The notes under the pieces were generated by a model. It saw only the letters and a list, made by a program, of their open reading frames with translations, was not told the DNA's origin and ran no database searches. The position numbers and the translations under genes were made by a program. A stretch of DNA of 51,817 nucleotides from Capsulimonadales bacterium (lineage in GTDB: Bacteria > Armatimonadota > Armatimonadia > Armatimonadales > Armatimonadaceae), in NCBI GenBank assembly GCA_033762295.1, contig JANRLW010000117.1:1-51817 (forward strand), read 5' to 3'. Below, one piece after another: positions 1-8,389 of the stretch. Every line of letters starts with the position of its first letter. Position 1 is the stretch's first letter.

Positions 1-1
1 T

Positions 2-199
2 TTTTCGATACCAGCCGATACCTCCGGGGAGGTAGCCGGTCGCGCTGGCCCACTGCCGGTCGAAGGGGCCTTCGATACTCCAATCATGCGGCAGCGTGAC
101 GTCTCGCCAGGAACGATCGTCAAAGTCTGCCGCCTCCGCCCCGTCCGCCTCGCCGTAACGGAACTTCCAGCCGTCATTGAAATCGGAAAGAGTACGCAT
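2..199 (-). CDS. Glycoside hydrolase family 2 (beta-galactosidase-like), N-terminal part; runs off the window start
   Basis: Not in ORF track. Manual translation from ATG at 199: MRTLSDFNDGWKFRYGEADGAEAADFDDRSWRDVTLPHDWSIEGPFDRQWASATGYLPGGIGWYRK. The FNxGWKF, LPHDWSIE and GGIGWYRK motifs are typical of GH2. AGGAGG RBS upstream (205-210). Confidence 0.9.
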   Translation of the reverse strand, partial: MRTLSDFNDGWKFRYGEADGAEAADFDDRSWRDVTLPHDWSIEGPFDRQWASATGYLPGGIGWYRK

Positions 200-227
200 G
201 AAATCCTCCTGTCGAACCTTGAAAACA

Positions 228-270
228 GGCATCGGCCCGGTCGCGCTTCCGCGGTTCCGGGCCGATGCCG
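228..270. terminator. GC-rich stem-loop between the small membrane protein gene and the GH2 gene (terminator or mRNA-stabilising hairpin)
   Basis: Inverted repeat ggcatcggcccgg...ccgggccgatgcc; no clean U-run, so function uncertain. Confidence 0.4.
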
Positions 271-304
271 TCGGTAACGACGTTGGTTTCGCCGGGCCGA
301 TGCG

Positions 305-514
305 TTACGGCTTCTGTCCGGCGGAAGGGGCGTTATGAACTCCCGGCTGCGCCTGAGTCCGGTTCTTCTCCATCCACGGCGGCACCCCCGGCGTGTAGCT
401 GCCCGGCGGCGGTGTCGGCGGGGAGGATGCCTGGTAGAAGAAATAGATCAGCACGCCGAGGGTAAGGACGCCTCCGACCAGTAGAAAGATCGGAGGAATT
501 TCCCGTTTGGCCAC
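305..514 (-). CDS. Small single-TM, Pro-rich protein downstream of the DUF1559 gene (69 aa)
   Basis: C-terminal part of ORF 305..676. GTG at 514 gives MAKREIPPIFLLVGGVLTLGVLIYFFYQASSPPTPPP..., starting 14 nt after the DUF1559 stop. Confidence 0.7.
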   Translation of the reverse strand: MAKREIPPIFLLVGGVLTLGVLIYFFYQASSPPTPPPGSYTPGVPPWMEKNRTQAQPGVHNAPSAGQKP

Positions 515-528
515 AGTGTTCTCGCTTC

Positions 529-1284
529 CTACTGCCGGGTGGTCCACATGCCGAAGTATTCGGCCTGCGGCGCGCCCGTCACGAGGCTGCTCGGACATTT
601 CGGCAGCCAGTCCGGCATTTCGGTGACCTTCGGCTGGCTTCCCTGGCGGGTCAGCGTCTGCTCGAAGCGCATCCACTTCGCATGCCCGTCGGCAAATCCG
701 TAGTTCGCTCCGCCGCCGTGCCCTTTCACTCCGGCGACGCCGTTGGAGTTCTGTCCACGCAGGAACTCACCGTTATCGCACCAGTTGTCGGTCGCCCAAC
801 CCTGCTGCCACTGGTGGTATCCGTTCCAGCGTTCGGAGAGGAAAATGGTGCTGGCCGGGGAGGTGATATTTCCCTCGGACGCCCCGGCGATCGAGTATTC
901 GGCGGACCAGTCGCCCCAGGCCAGGGTCATGCTGTAGGAGACCGGATCGACGTTCGCACCCCGGCTGTAGGTATCGTCCGGACACTTCCAGAGCTGCTTG
1001 TTCTTGATGTACGGGTCCACCTGCTGATGCCAGTTCATCCAGGTCGGGTTCCATCCCCAGGTGAAGGAATGCTTTTCGTCATAGTCCTGAATGTACATCA
1101 TTTCGCCCAGCATGATCTGCTTCATGTTGGACAGGCAGACCGTCTGCCGCGCTTTGCCGCGCGCCTGGGCGAAGACGGGGAAGAGAATGGCGGCCAGAAT
1201 GGCGATGATGGCGATGACGACGAGCAGCTCGATCAAAGTGAAACCATGAGCCTGCCCTCGACGGAAAACGGTGGAATTTTTCAT
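529..1284 (-). CDS. DUF1559 / prepilin-type N-terminal cleavage-methylation protein with H-X9-DG motif
   Basis: [29 protein letters not shown]...CLSNMKQI; C-terminal [26 protein letters not shown]. Confidence 0.93.
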   Translation of the reverse strand: MKNSTVFRRGQAHGFTLIELLVVIAIIAILAAILFPVFAQARGKARQTVCLSNMKQIMLGEMMYIQDYDEKHSFTWGWNPTWMNWHQQVDPYIKNKQLWKCPDDTYSRGANVDPVSYSMTLAWGDWSAEYSIAGASEGNITSPASTIFLSERWNGYHQWQQGWATDNWCDNGEFLRGQNSNGVAGVKGHGGGANYGFADGHAKWMRFEQTLTRQGSQPKVTEMPDWLPKCPSSLVTGAPQAEYFGMWTTRQ

Positions 1285-1400
1285 CCGTTACCTCCTTGGT
1301 AGAAAACCGAACGTTGTTTTTCGCAGGGTCCGTGACGATGACCCTGCCCCGCTACAAAACGAGGCAATGAGGCACTCAACTATTTGAGCGGTTTTGATTT

Positions 1401-1428
1401 GTTATATCATGGAAATGTTTCGTGACAA
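1401..1428 (-). promoter_or_regulatory. Putative sigma70 promoter of the DUF1559-GH2 operon, with a possible LacI-type operator in the spacer
   Basis: Minus strand TTGTCA-N16-TATAAC with TG extended -10. The spacer holds the near-palindrome GAAACATTTC. A second imperfect palindrome (cactcaa-ctat-ttgagcg) lies at 1373-1390. Confidence 0.5.
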
Positions 1429-1555
1429 GAAAATCGCGCGGCAGAGGTACTGAAAATGTGTTCCCAAATTCCGCTCCTGCCGGTCCGTGTCATACCTGAA
1501 CGGTTCGAGTTGATTTTCCTGACCGGCGCAGCGGGACCGTCGCCGCCGTTCCGTA

Positions 1556-1596
1556 GAAAAACAAAACCACGCCGTCCGACAGGACAGCGTGGTTTT
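1556..1596 (-). terminator. Rho-independent terminator after rpsG
   Basis: Minus strand AAAACCACGCTGTCC-TGTC-GGACGGCGTGGTTTT followed by GTTTTT, ~20 nt after the rpsG stop. Confidence 0.8.
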
Positions 1597-1616
1597 CAGC
1601 GAAACCGAAAGGTCGA

Positions 1617-2087
1617 CTAGAAGCGGTAGTGGGAGAAGGCTTTGTTGGCTTCGGCCATCTTGAAGCCCTCCTCGCGCTTTCGCACCGCGCCGCCGGTGCC
1701 ATTGGCGGCATCGAGCAGTTCGGAGGTCAGTTTGTCGACCATCGACCGACCGTTGCGACGGCGGGCGAAGGTAACGATCCAGCGGATTCCGAGGGCGCGG
1801 CGTCGCTCCGGTCGGACTTCCACCGGAACCTGGTAAGTCGCGCCGCCGACACGCCGCGGCTTGACTTCGACAACCGGCATCACGCGCCGCATCGCTTCCT
1901 CGAATATCTCCAGGCCCGGCTTGCCCGTCTTGGCCTCCACCTGCTCGAGGGCGGTGTAGAAGATGCGCTCGGCGACGGATTTCTTGCCGTCGACCATCAT
2001 TCGGTTGATGAAGCGAGTGACATCCCGATTGCCGTAGATCGGGTCGGGGGTCACCGGACGTTTTTCGGCAGGTCCTTTGCGTGGCAT
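1617..2087 (-). CDS. rpsG: 30S ribosomal protein S7
   Basis: MPRKGP...PDPIY...DGKKSVAE...[14 protein letters not shown]...[13 protein letters not shown]. Confidence 0.99.
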   Translation of the reverse strand: MPRKGPAEKRPVTPDPIYGNRDVTRFINRMMVDGKKSVAERIFYTALEQVEAKTGKPGLEIFEEAMRRVMPVVEVKPRRVGGATYQVPVEVRPERRRALGIRWIVTFARRRNGRSMVDKLTSELLDAANGTGGAVRKREEGFKMAEANKAFSHYRF

Positions 2088-2109
2088 ATGTTTCTGGCTC
2101 CCTTATTCC

Positions 2110-2532
2110 TTATCTCTTCTTACCGGCGGGCGCACCCTTACCGGCAGGAGCGGCCTGCCCCGGCTTCGGCTTCTTGGTCCCGTACTTGCTGCGGCTGGAC
2201 TTGCGATCCTTCGTTCCCGCGGTATCGAGGGTTCCGCGCAGAATGTGATAGCGGACACCCGGCAGATCCTTCACACGACCGCCGCGAATCATGACCACGC
2301 TGTGTTCCTGAAGGTTATGGCCGATGCCCGGAATGTAGGCGGTCACTTCAACACCGTTGGTGAGGCGCACGCGGGCGACTTTGCGGAGGGCGGAATTCGG
2401 CTTCTTCGGCGTCATCGTCTTGACGACGGTACAGACGCCCCGCTTCTGCGGATTACCCTTCATGGCGGGCGACTTGGACTTTTTCACGACCTTGTCGCGC
2501 CCTTTACGTACCAGCTGGCTGATGGTTGGCAT
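2110..2532 (-). CDS. rpsL: 30S ribosomal protein S12
   Basis: True start [10 protein letters not shown] at 2532; [19 protein letters not shown] and [10 protein letters not shown] motifs. Confidence 0.99.
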   Translation of the reverse strand: MPTISQLVRKGRDKVVKKSKSPAMKGNPQKRGVCTVVKTMTPKKPNSALRKVARVRLTNGVEVTAYIPGIGHNLQEHSVVMIRGGRVKDLPGVRYHILRGTLDTAGTKDRKSSRSKYGTKKPKPGQAAPAGKGAPAGKKR

Positions 2533-2631
2533 ACTTTGGACTTTCCTGCTGCTCCCTGACACGCCCGCGAGGATGGATTGGATTTGATCGCGAGCAAGGT
2601 CTGACACTGTTGGCAAGCGGACACACGAAAC

Positions 2632-2667
2632 AAAAAAGCCCCGTGGATCCGTAGACCGCACGCGGGC
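2632..2667 (-). terminator. Intrinsic terminator-like hairpin inside the rpsL 5' region
   Basis: Minus strand GCCCGCGTG-CGGTC-TACG-GATC-CACGGGGC-TTTTTT, with a cUACGg tetraloop and U6 tail. Confidence 0.7.
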
Positions 2668-2730
2668 AGTGAGAGGCATATCGTTTTATCGCGGCGGCGA
2701 ACTCCCTCGCCGAACCGTGGCACCGGACTG

Positions 2731-2877
2731 AAGAGACCGACTGCGGGCGCTGTTGTCGCCCACCGATATATTCCCCCTGCTCCGCGTATCCATCCGGAAT
2801 ACCGGATGAAGGGATAGCGATTCGCGAGAAACCCGAACCGATCAGGCGACAAAACACCTGTTGCGGTCGGACCTCCC
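2731..2877 (-). ncRNA. Putative structured RNA (long rod-like hairpin) at the 5' end of the rpsL transcript; family unknown
   Basis: Nested complementary segments: GGGAGG/TCTCTT, CCGAC/GTCGG, GGTGTT/AGCGCC, TTGTCGCCT/GGGCGACAA, ATCGGT/ATCGGT (with G-U), apical CATCCGG-TATT-CCGGATG. Lies between a consensus promoter and a terminator. Confidence 0.5.
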
Positions 2878-2890
2878 ACACAACATCGGG

Positions 2891-2919
2891 AGTATATCCC
2901 TGTCCGCTCTACCTGTCAA
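2891..2919 (-). promoter_or_regulatory. sigma70 promoter upstream of rpsL
   Basis: TTGACA (2919-2914) -N17- TATACT (2896-2891). Confidence 0.85.
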
Positions 2920-5018
2920 GTGGAAATCGTCAGCCGAACGTCGCTCTTCGGAATCGAAACCGACAACTTTCCGGTCGACTCCTCATAGGAGAATTCCGTC
3001 GGCGTCTCCTCCACCGCCACCGCTTTCGGCGACCGCGAAACGTACGCGACGAACGTTCCGCCCGACAGCAGGAGTAACGTCCACTCCGTCCCCGTTTCCG
3101 TGACCGCTCGCTCGCAGGACGCGATCGCGCCGTAACTGTTGAACAAATCGGCGATTCCGATCGGCGCGAACTCGCCGTTTTCCGACCCATAGGTGCGAAC
3201 GAGGGTAAAGATCTCCGCCGTCAGCGGCTGCAGAGTGACCGCGATTTCGTCGGACGGACGGAGGGTCCGTAACGCCTGTTCGTAATGGCTGTAAATGGCA
3301 TAACGCGTGGCCGGTTCGTCCGACCGACGGCCCGGAAGGTCGGTCGGACGGACCACGCCGGAAATCGGCCCGACCCCTTCCCCGTGACGGGCATGGAAAA
3401 CGCCGATCATTTCGGCCCCCTCGCCGAAACCGTTCCAGCGGTCCACCGTGGAATAGACGGCATTGACGATCTTCAGGAGCACGTCCTCCCGGGTCGGATC
3501 GGAAAACAGGCAGTCACGGGTCGGACGACCGGGGAAGTCGCACCGCACCACGCTGCCGTCCGGCAGGACCAGTTTTTTCAGCAGTTCGACATCGTGGGTG
3601 CCGGGCTTGTCCGAAACATAGATCGGCCCGCCGCTGAGCGCGCGACCCGCCGCATGAAACGCGCCCGCCGGATGGCCGCTCTGGAACATATCCCAGTCCG
3701 GAAGGCAGAACTCGCCGAACCAGAACGATACCTGCGCGTTACAGTAGAGATGCAGACCGTGGGATTCCGGACGATTCGGCCAGAAATCGGTCGACGTGCG
3801 GGTGATGGTCGAGTTGAGCAACGAGTAGAACGTCTCGTTGGCGCACGACATGCAGTTGATCAGGTTGCCAAGGAACTGGGTTTCGACCGCGCCTTCCAGC
3901 GCCTCGTGGTATGTCCGCATGATCGCGACCCGTCCGCCATAACCGCCGCCATGGGTCAGTCCCTCCAGGGACGCCTGATTGTCCACCTTGACCCCATCCA
4001 CCCCCTGCTCGCGCAGATGCCGATGATAATCCTGGTAGAAACGGTAGATCAGCGCGTTGTGCACCGTGCCGCACGCCGTCCCGAACCACTCTCGCAAGGT
4101 CGGAACGTAATGGTCGATACCCGGCGAGTAGCGGCGCGTCACCGACCGAACGCCGTAACCCGGCAGGGCCTCGCCATCGACGCCGCCCCAGTAGCCCAGG
4201 ATGGCATGCCACACCAGGAACGTTTCGATGCCGAACTCCTCCTTCGCCATACGCACCGTCGGCCCCAGGTCACCCGGGAACTTTTCGTTGGCGGCGAAGG
4301 AGATCAACCGCTTTTCCCCGGTCGGGAATGTGCGAACCGACTGCCAGCCGTCATCCAGAATCAGGTAACGCGGTGTGATCCCGGCCTGCCGGAAACTGTC
4401 GAGTCCTTCCCGCACCCGGTCGTGACTGACGTCCTGATAGAAAGCATCCCAGGTACACCATCCGAAATAATCGATGAAGCCGGGGTAGGCCTTGTCCCAA
4501 CGGAGTCGCCCGGTCTTCAGAAACGCGGCCACCGAGACGGAGGCTTCCGAAACCAGTTCGTAGGGGTCCGCTCCTTCCGCGACGAACAACCCCACGACCG
4601 TGTCGGTCACGATCGCCTCATCGCCGGATTCGGCGATGAGGCGCAGTTCGTTCTCACCCGCCCCTTCCAGAGAACAGCGGAACGCGCCGGAAATTAACGG
4701 AACGAACAGTACCACCGACCCATCGGTCCTCTCGACCAGCAAAAACTGGGTCTCCGGACGTACCTCGCCTCCACGGGTCCCGGCGTTCGGCGTCATCCAG
4801 AACGGTTCATAACGGTGGCAGGCCGTAAACCGCCGGAGGTCGTTCAGGCTGCCCAGCGGAAAGGTCAAACGCGCGGCGGGTTTTCCGCTCCTCAGGCGCA
4901 GGAACACGCCGACGCCGTTCGGGTCCTCGATCCGTTCCGCGCCTTCCGGCAGACTGCCCAATCCCGGAAACGCCGCGTTCATCCGCACCTGCGTCGCTTC
5001 ACCGTTCTCCGTTTCCAT
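2916..5018 (-). CDS. Sip1/raffinose-synthase-like alpha-galactosidase (GH36)
   Basis: FGWCTWDAFY, LILDDGWQ, WHAILGYWGG, GVDGVKVDNQ, PDWDMFQS, SGGPIYVSDKPG motifs. Confidence 0.93.
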   Translation of the reverse strand: METENGEATQVRMNAAFPGLGSLPEGAERIEDPNGVGVFLRLRSGKPAARLTFPLGSLNDLRRFTACHRYEPFWMTPNAGTRGGEVRPETQFLLVERTDGSVVLFVPLISGAFRCSLEGAGENELRLIAESGDEAIVTDTVVGLFVAEGADPYELVSEASVSVAAFLKTGRLRWDKAYPGFIDYFGWCTWDAFYQDVSHDRVREGLDSFRQAGITPRYLILDDGWQSVRTFPTGEKRLISFAANEKFPGDLGPTVRMAKEEFGIETFLVWHAILGYWGGVDGEALPGYGVRSVTRRYSPGIDHYVPTLREWFGTACGTVHNALIYRFYQDYHRHLREQGVDGVKVDNQASLEGLTHGGGYGGRVAIMRTYHEALEGAVETQFLGNLINCMSCANETFYSLLNSTITRTSTDFWPNRPESHGLHLYCNAQVSFWFGEFCLPDWDMFQSGHPAGAFHAAGRALSGGPIYVSDKPGTHDVELLKKLVLPDGSVVRCDFPGRPTRDCLFSDPTREDVLLKIVNAVYSTVDRWNGFGEGAEMIGVFHARHGEGVGPISGVVRPTDLPGRRSDEPATRYAIYSHYEQALRTLRPSDEIAVTLQPLTAEIFTLVRTYGSENGEFAPIGIADLFNSYGAIASCERAVTETGTEWTLLLLSGGTFVAYVSRSPKAVAVEETPTEFSYEESTGKLSVSIPKSDVRLTIST

Positions 5019-5149
5019 ACGCTACCTCTTCCCGCCCGTTCGCCGGGCCTCCGGAGGAAGGTTCGCGTTCGCCCCCCGGCTTTCCTGTTCGTTCGGCACC
5101 GTCCCTCCGGGTTCGGACATGTGGTAAAGTGCGTTTCAAGGAGAACGAA

Positions 5150-5758
5150 TTGTCCGCGACCCATCTGCCCTCGCCCACCGTGTACTTGCCACCCCTGGCG
5201 GATTCCCTTCCGTCGGGTCGACTTCATCCGGTCGCCGCCGACGCGCTGCGAATGGCCGCCGGAGTCGTTCTCGTCGGAGTCCTCGCGCAGGTCTCGATCC
5301 CGTTGCCGGGAACCCCGGTTCCGCTCACCGGTCAGACGCCGGGCGTTCTGCTCTGCGGGATGCTGCTCGGCAGCCGGCGGGGTCTTCTCTCCCTGGCGAC
5401 GTACCTGGCGTTAGGCGCAGCCGGCGTTCCGCTGTTTGCCGGGGCAGGGGCGGGTATCGCTTCCCTCGTCGGGCCGACCGCCGGCTATCTCTGGGCCTTC
5501 GCGCCGGCGGCCTGGCTGGTCGGACGCCTCGCCGAACGGGGTTGGGATCGTCGCGCGGGCGCTTCCGCAATGGCGATGGGCCTGGGCAGTCTGCTGATCC
5601 TTCTGGTCGGCAGCCTTTGGCTTTCGGTCTTCACCGGCGGATGGGTGAACGGTCTGCAAAAGGGACTGATGCCCTTCCTTCCGATCGAAACCCTCAAGAT
5701 CGCCCTGCTCTTCGGGCTACTTCCGGCGATCCGCCGACGGCTTCCGACCGGGCGCTGA
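5150..5758 (+). CDS. bioY: Biotin transporter BioY
   Basis: AQVSIPLPGTPVPLTGQT, YLALGAAGVPLFAG, GPTAGYL motifs. TTG start at 5150 chosen from AAGGAG at 5138-5143. Confidence 0.9.
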   Translation: MSATHLPSPTVYLPPLADSLPSGRLHPVAADALRMAAGVVLVGVLAQVSIPLPGTPVPLTGQTPGVLLCGMLLGSRRGLLSLATYLALGAAGVPLFAGAGAGIASLVGPTAGYLWAFAPAAWLVGRLAERGWDRRAGASAMAMGLGSLLILLVGSLWLSVFTGGWVNGLQKGLMPFLPIETLKIALLFGLLPAIRRRLPTGR

Positions 5759-5768
5759 CGGGGAACCG

Positions 5769-6266
5769 TTACTTATGGTAGGGTTCGTTACGGGCGATCC
5801 GTGCGGCCCGGTACAACTGCTCCAGCAGCAGGATGCGCATCATCTGGTGTGGGAAGGTAAAATCCCCAAACGAAAGAGTCAGGTCGGCTTCGGACAACAA
5901 CGCCTCGCTCAACCCCAGGGACCCGCCAATAACGAACGTAAACGCGCTGACGCCGTCCTGAACCATTTTCCGCTCGAGGAACGCGGCGAACTGTGGCGAA
6001 TCCATGCGCTGCCCTTGCCGGTCGAGCGCTACGATAAAGTCGCGTGGGCCGATCGCCGCCAGAAGACGGTCTCCCTCCCGATTCCGGATCGCCGTTTCCT
6101 GCGCGTCCGACGCGTTGTCCGGAGTGGATTCGTCGGCGACTTCGGTCACCGTCAGTGCGGACGAATAACCGCTCAGGCGCTTCCGGTATTCCGCCTGCGC
6201 CTCGACCCAGTATCGCTCCCGCAATCGGCCGACCGCCAGAAGGTGGAAAGAGGGCTTTCCGGCCAT
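5769..6266 (-). CDS. rlmH: 23S rRNA m3-pseudouridine-1915 methyltransferase
   Basis: AVGRLRE...EYRKRL, FVIGGSLGL, TFPHQMMRILLLEQLYRA...PYHK. Confidence 0.97.
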   Translation of the reverse strand: MAGKPSFHLLAVGRLRERYWVEAQAEYRKRLSGYSSALTVTEVADESTPDNASDAQETAIRNREGDRLLAAIGPRDFIVALDRQGQRMDSPQFAAFLERKMVQDGVSAFTFVIGGSLGLSEALLSEADLTLSFGDFTFPHQMMRILLLEQLYRAARIARNEPYHK

Positions 6267-8296
6267 TATTTCGAGAGGACGAAACGGTAGGACTTGCCCC
6301 GGTAAACGGAATAGCCGGTCAACCGCTTGCCATCGTTCCGGAGTTGCCCGGACCCGGTCCCGAAGTGCCAGACGACGGTCTCCGCCGGTTTCTCCGGCGC
6401 GTCCGGATCGATCGCGCCCGGGTCCTCCGACGGCACCGGTTCTTCCTCCATCAGCGGACCGTCCGCAGTGACGACCGAGGTTTCCCGCAAGGAGACCGCC
6501 CCGCGATTGGTAATCGAACCGGCGATTCGGACGGTCTGGCTATCGGCGGTAATCTCGCCCTGAAACCCCTTTCCGGAAGACGAGTCGATACGCAGTTCGG
6601 CGGACTTGCCGCCGAGCGTCCCCTGCCAGGTCCCCTCCATATCGCTGCCGACAAAGACCGGGGCAACGGCGGCTCGAATCGAGGGAGTCACCGGCGGAGG
6701 AGCGATGCTGCCCGTTTGAGGCGCGGATTTCGGCTTTGCGGTTTTCGGTTTCTGCGGTTTGCCCTTCTGCGGCGGTCTGGGCTTGGGTTTGGGGACATGC
6801 GGAAAGAGGGGCGATCCGACGAATCCGGGCGCGTATTTCGGTACCCAGTCCGGGGCGAACCACCAGACGGCACCGGCCACCGGCAACAATATAAAGAAAA
6901 GCGTCACCATCGCCGGTTTCCACAACGGAATCCGATATTCGGCGACCGGCGCAGGCGGAGGAGGCACGCGTGCCGGAGCGGCGGACGGTGGCGCATCCGG
7001 CCGCGGGCCGGTTTCGGCCAGGGTCGAAATACCCGTTACCGTTTGCAGTGCGGCGCGTCCCGTTCCGCTCGGCGCCGCGGACGCGCTCCGAACGGCGGAC
7101 GCCGCAATCCGGACCGTAATCAACAAATCGCCGGGCTTGCCACCGTTTTGCCCGGCCTTGCCCTGACCGGTGATGCGCAGTTCCTGACCATCCCGCACCC
7201 CCGGAGGGACATATACGGCCATTTTATCGCGATGCGGCGGGGTGACCGGCACATGACCACCGACCAGGACGACTCCTTCCGAAACGGTGACGTTGACCCG
7301 GACATCCTCCCCGCCCACCGGCGGATCGGTGAAAACGACCGGCACCGCCTCGGCGACCGGCATATTCCACCACTCGGACACATCCTTCGGCCGATCGTTC
7401 AGTTCGATTTTCAGGGCCGCCGTCAGCAGTGTCTTCCACGGTTCGGCCAGCCCGACCGGAGACCACTCGACACCACGGGTCATGTCGACCGCCCGCTGGA
7501 CCGCATCCGGCGGCAACGTCCCGGTCAACATTTCGTGCATCATCATTCCGAGTTCGAAAATATCGCTTCCCGGTCCGACACGGCTCGCGCCGTCCCCGGC
7601 CCGCGCCTCAAGCGGGGCATATTCCGGTGAGAACGCCTGCGTGGTTCGTCCGGTCAACCCCTGACGCGCCGCGCCGAAGTCGATCAGGACGATACGACCG
7701 TCCGGTTCGACCATCACGTTGTCCGGTTTGATGTCCAGGTGAAAGACACTCTTGGAATGGACCGCCCGGAGCGCATCGACGAGCACGCCGATGATCTTCC
7801 GCACCCGGTCCTCCGGAAGCCGCCGCCCCGGAACCGCATCCATTTCGTCCCGGAGCGTCTTCCCGGAGAGGTACTCCATAACGATGTAGGCCGTGCTGCG
7901 CTCCTCGAAGATATCGAGGACGGAAACGACGTTGGGATGATGCAGGGCGGCGAGGGTCAATGCCTCCTGCTGAAACCGTTGAAGGCTGCGCTGGAAACGC
8001 TCCTGCTGCGAGACGCCGACGATCAGAGAATGCCCCTGCGCGGTATTTCGGCCGACCTGGTCGCGCGGGAAGAACTCCTTGATGGCGACACGGCGGTTCA
8101 GGGCGACCTGAATCGATCGGTAGGTAATGCCGAAGCCCCCCTGGCCGAGGGCGTACTCGATCACATACTTACCTCCGTGCAGTTCCGTGCCGGGGGGAAG
8201 CAGGTCACGATGTGCGGACGGCAAATGAACGCCGCAACCGGGACAGGTGACGGCATTGACCGCGACTCCGTCCGTATGACAGTTCAGACAGCGCAT
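6266..8296 (-). CDS. Membrane-anchored Ser/Thr protein kinase with N-terminal Zn ribbon and an internal DnaJ C-terminal-like domain
   Basis: CLNC..CPGC; LGQGGFGITY, VAIKE, HLDIKPDN, DFG; VYVPPGVRDGQELRITGQG...GGKPGDLLITV; TM segment MVTLFFILLPVAGAVWWF. Stop overlaps the rlmH start (TAATG). Confidence 0.9.
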   Translation of the reverse strand: MRCLNCHTDGVAVNAVTCPGCGVHLPSAHRDLLPPGTELHGGKYVIEYALGQGGFGITYRSIQVALNRRVAIKEFFPRDQVGRNTAQGHSLIVGVSQQERFQRSLQRFQQEALTLAALHHPNVVSVLDIFEERSTAYIVMEYLSGKTLRDEMDAVPGRRLPEDRVRKIIGVLVDALRAVHSKSVFHLDIKPDNVMVEPDGRIVLIDFGAARQGLTGRTTQAFSPEYAPLEARAGDGASRVGPGSDIFELGMMMHEMLTGTLPPDAVQRAVDMTRGVEWSPVGLAEPWKTLLTAALKIELNDRPKDVSEWWNMPVAEAVPVVFTDPPVGGEDVRVNVTVSEGVVLVGGHVPVTPPHRDKMAVYVPPGVRDGQELRITGQGKAGQNGGKPGDLLITVRIAASAVRSASAAPSGTGRAALQTVTGISTLAETGPRPDAPPSAAPARVPPPPAPVAEYRIPLWKPAMVTLFFILLPVAGAVWWFAPDWVPKYAPGFVGSPLFPHVPKPKPRPPQKGKPQKPKTAKPKSAPQTGSIAPPPVTPSIRAAVAPVFVGSDMEGTWQGTLGGKSAELRIDSSSGKGFQGEITADSQTVRIAGSITNRGAVSLRETSVVTADGPLMEEEPVPSEDPGAIDPDAPEKPAETVVWHFGTGSGQLRNDGKRLTGYSVYRGKSYRFVLSK

Positions 8297-8389
8297 AATG
8301 TGCTTCCCTCGGAGCCTTGCCGTTTCCTTTCGTACGTCGTTAGACGATCCATACAGTACCCCGGTTACAGGGAACTCCTAACGGGTTTC

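Noticed and set aside
2110..2532. Streptomycin-resistance allele of rpsL
   Set aside because: The PKKPNSA and RVKDLPG motifs carry the wild-type lysines
3285..4697. 470-aa plus-strand ORF (and similar shadows at 6044..7630, 13056..14591, 32047..33330, 39957..41378)
   Set aside because: Each lies opposite a well-supported gene and lacks family motifs
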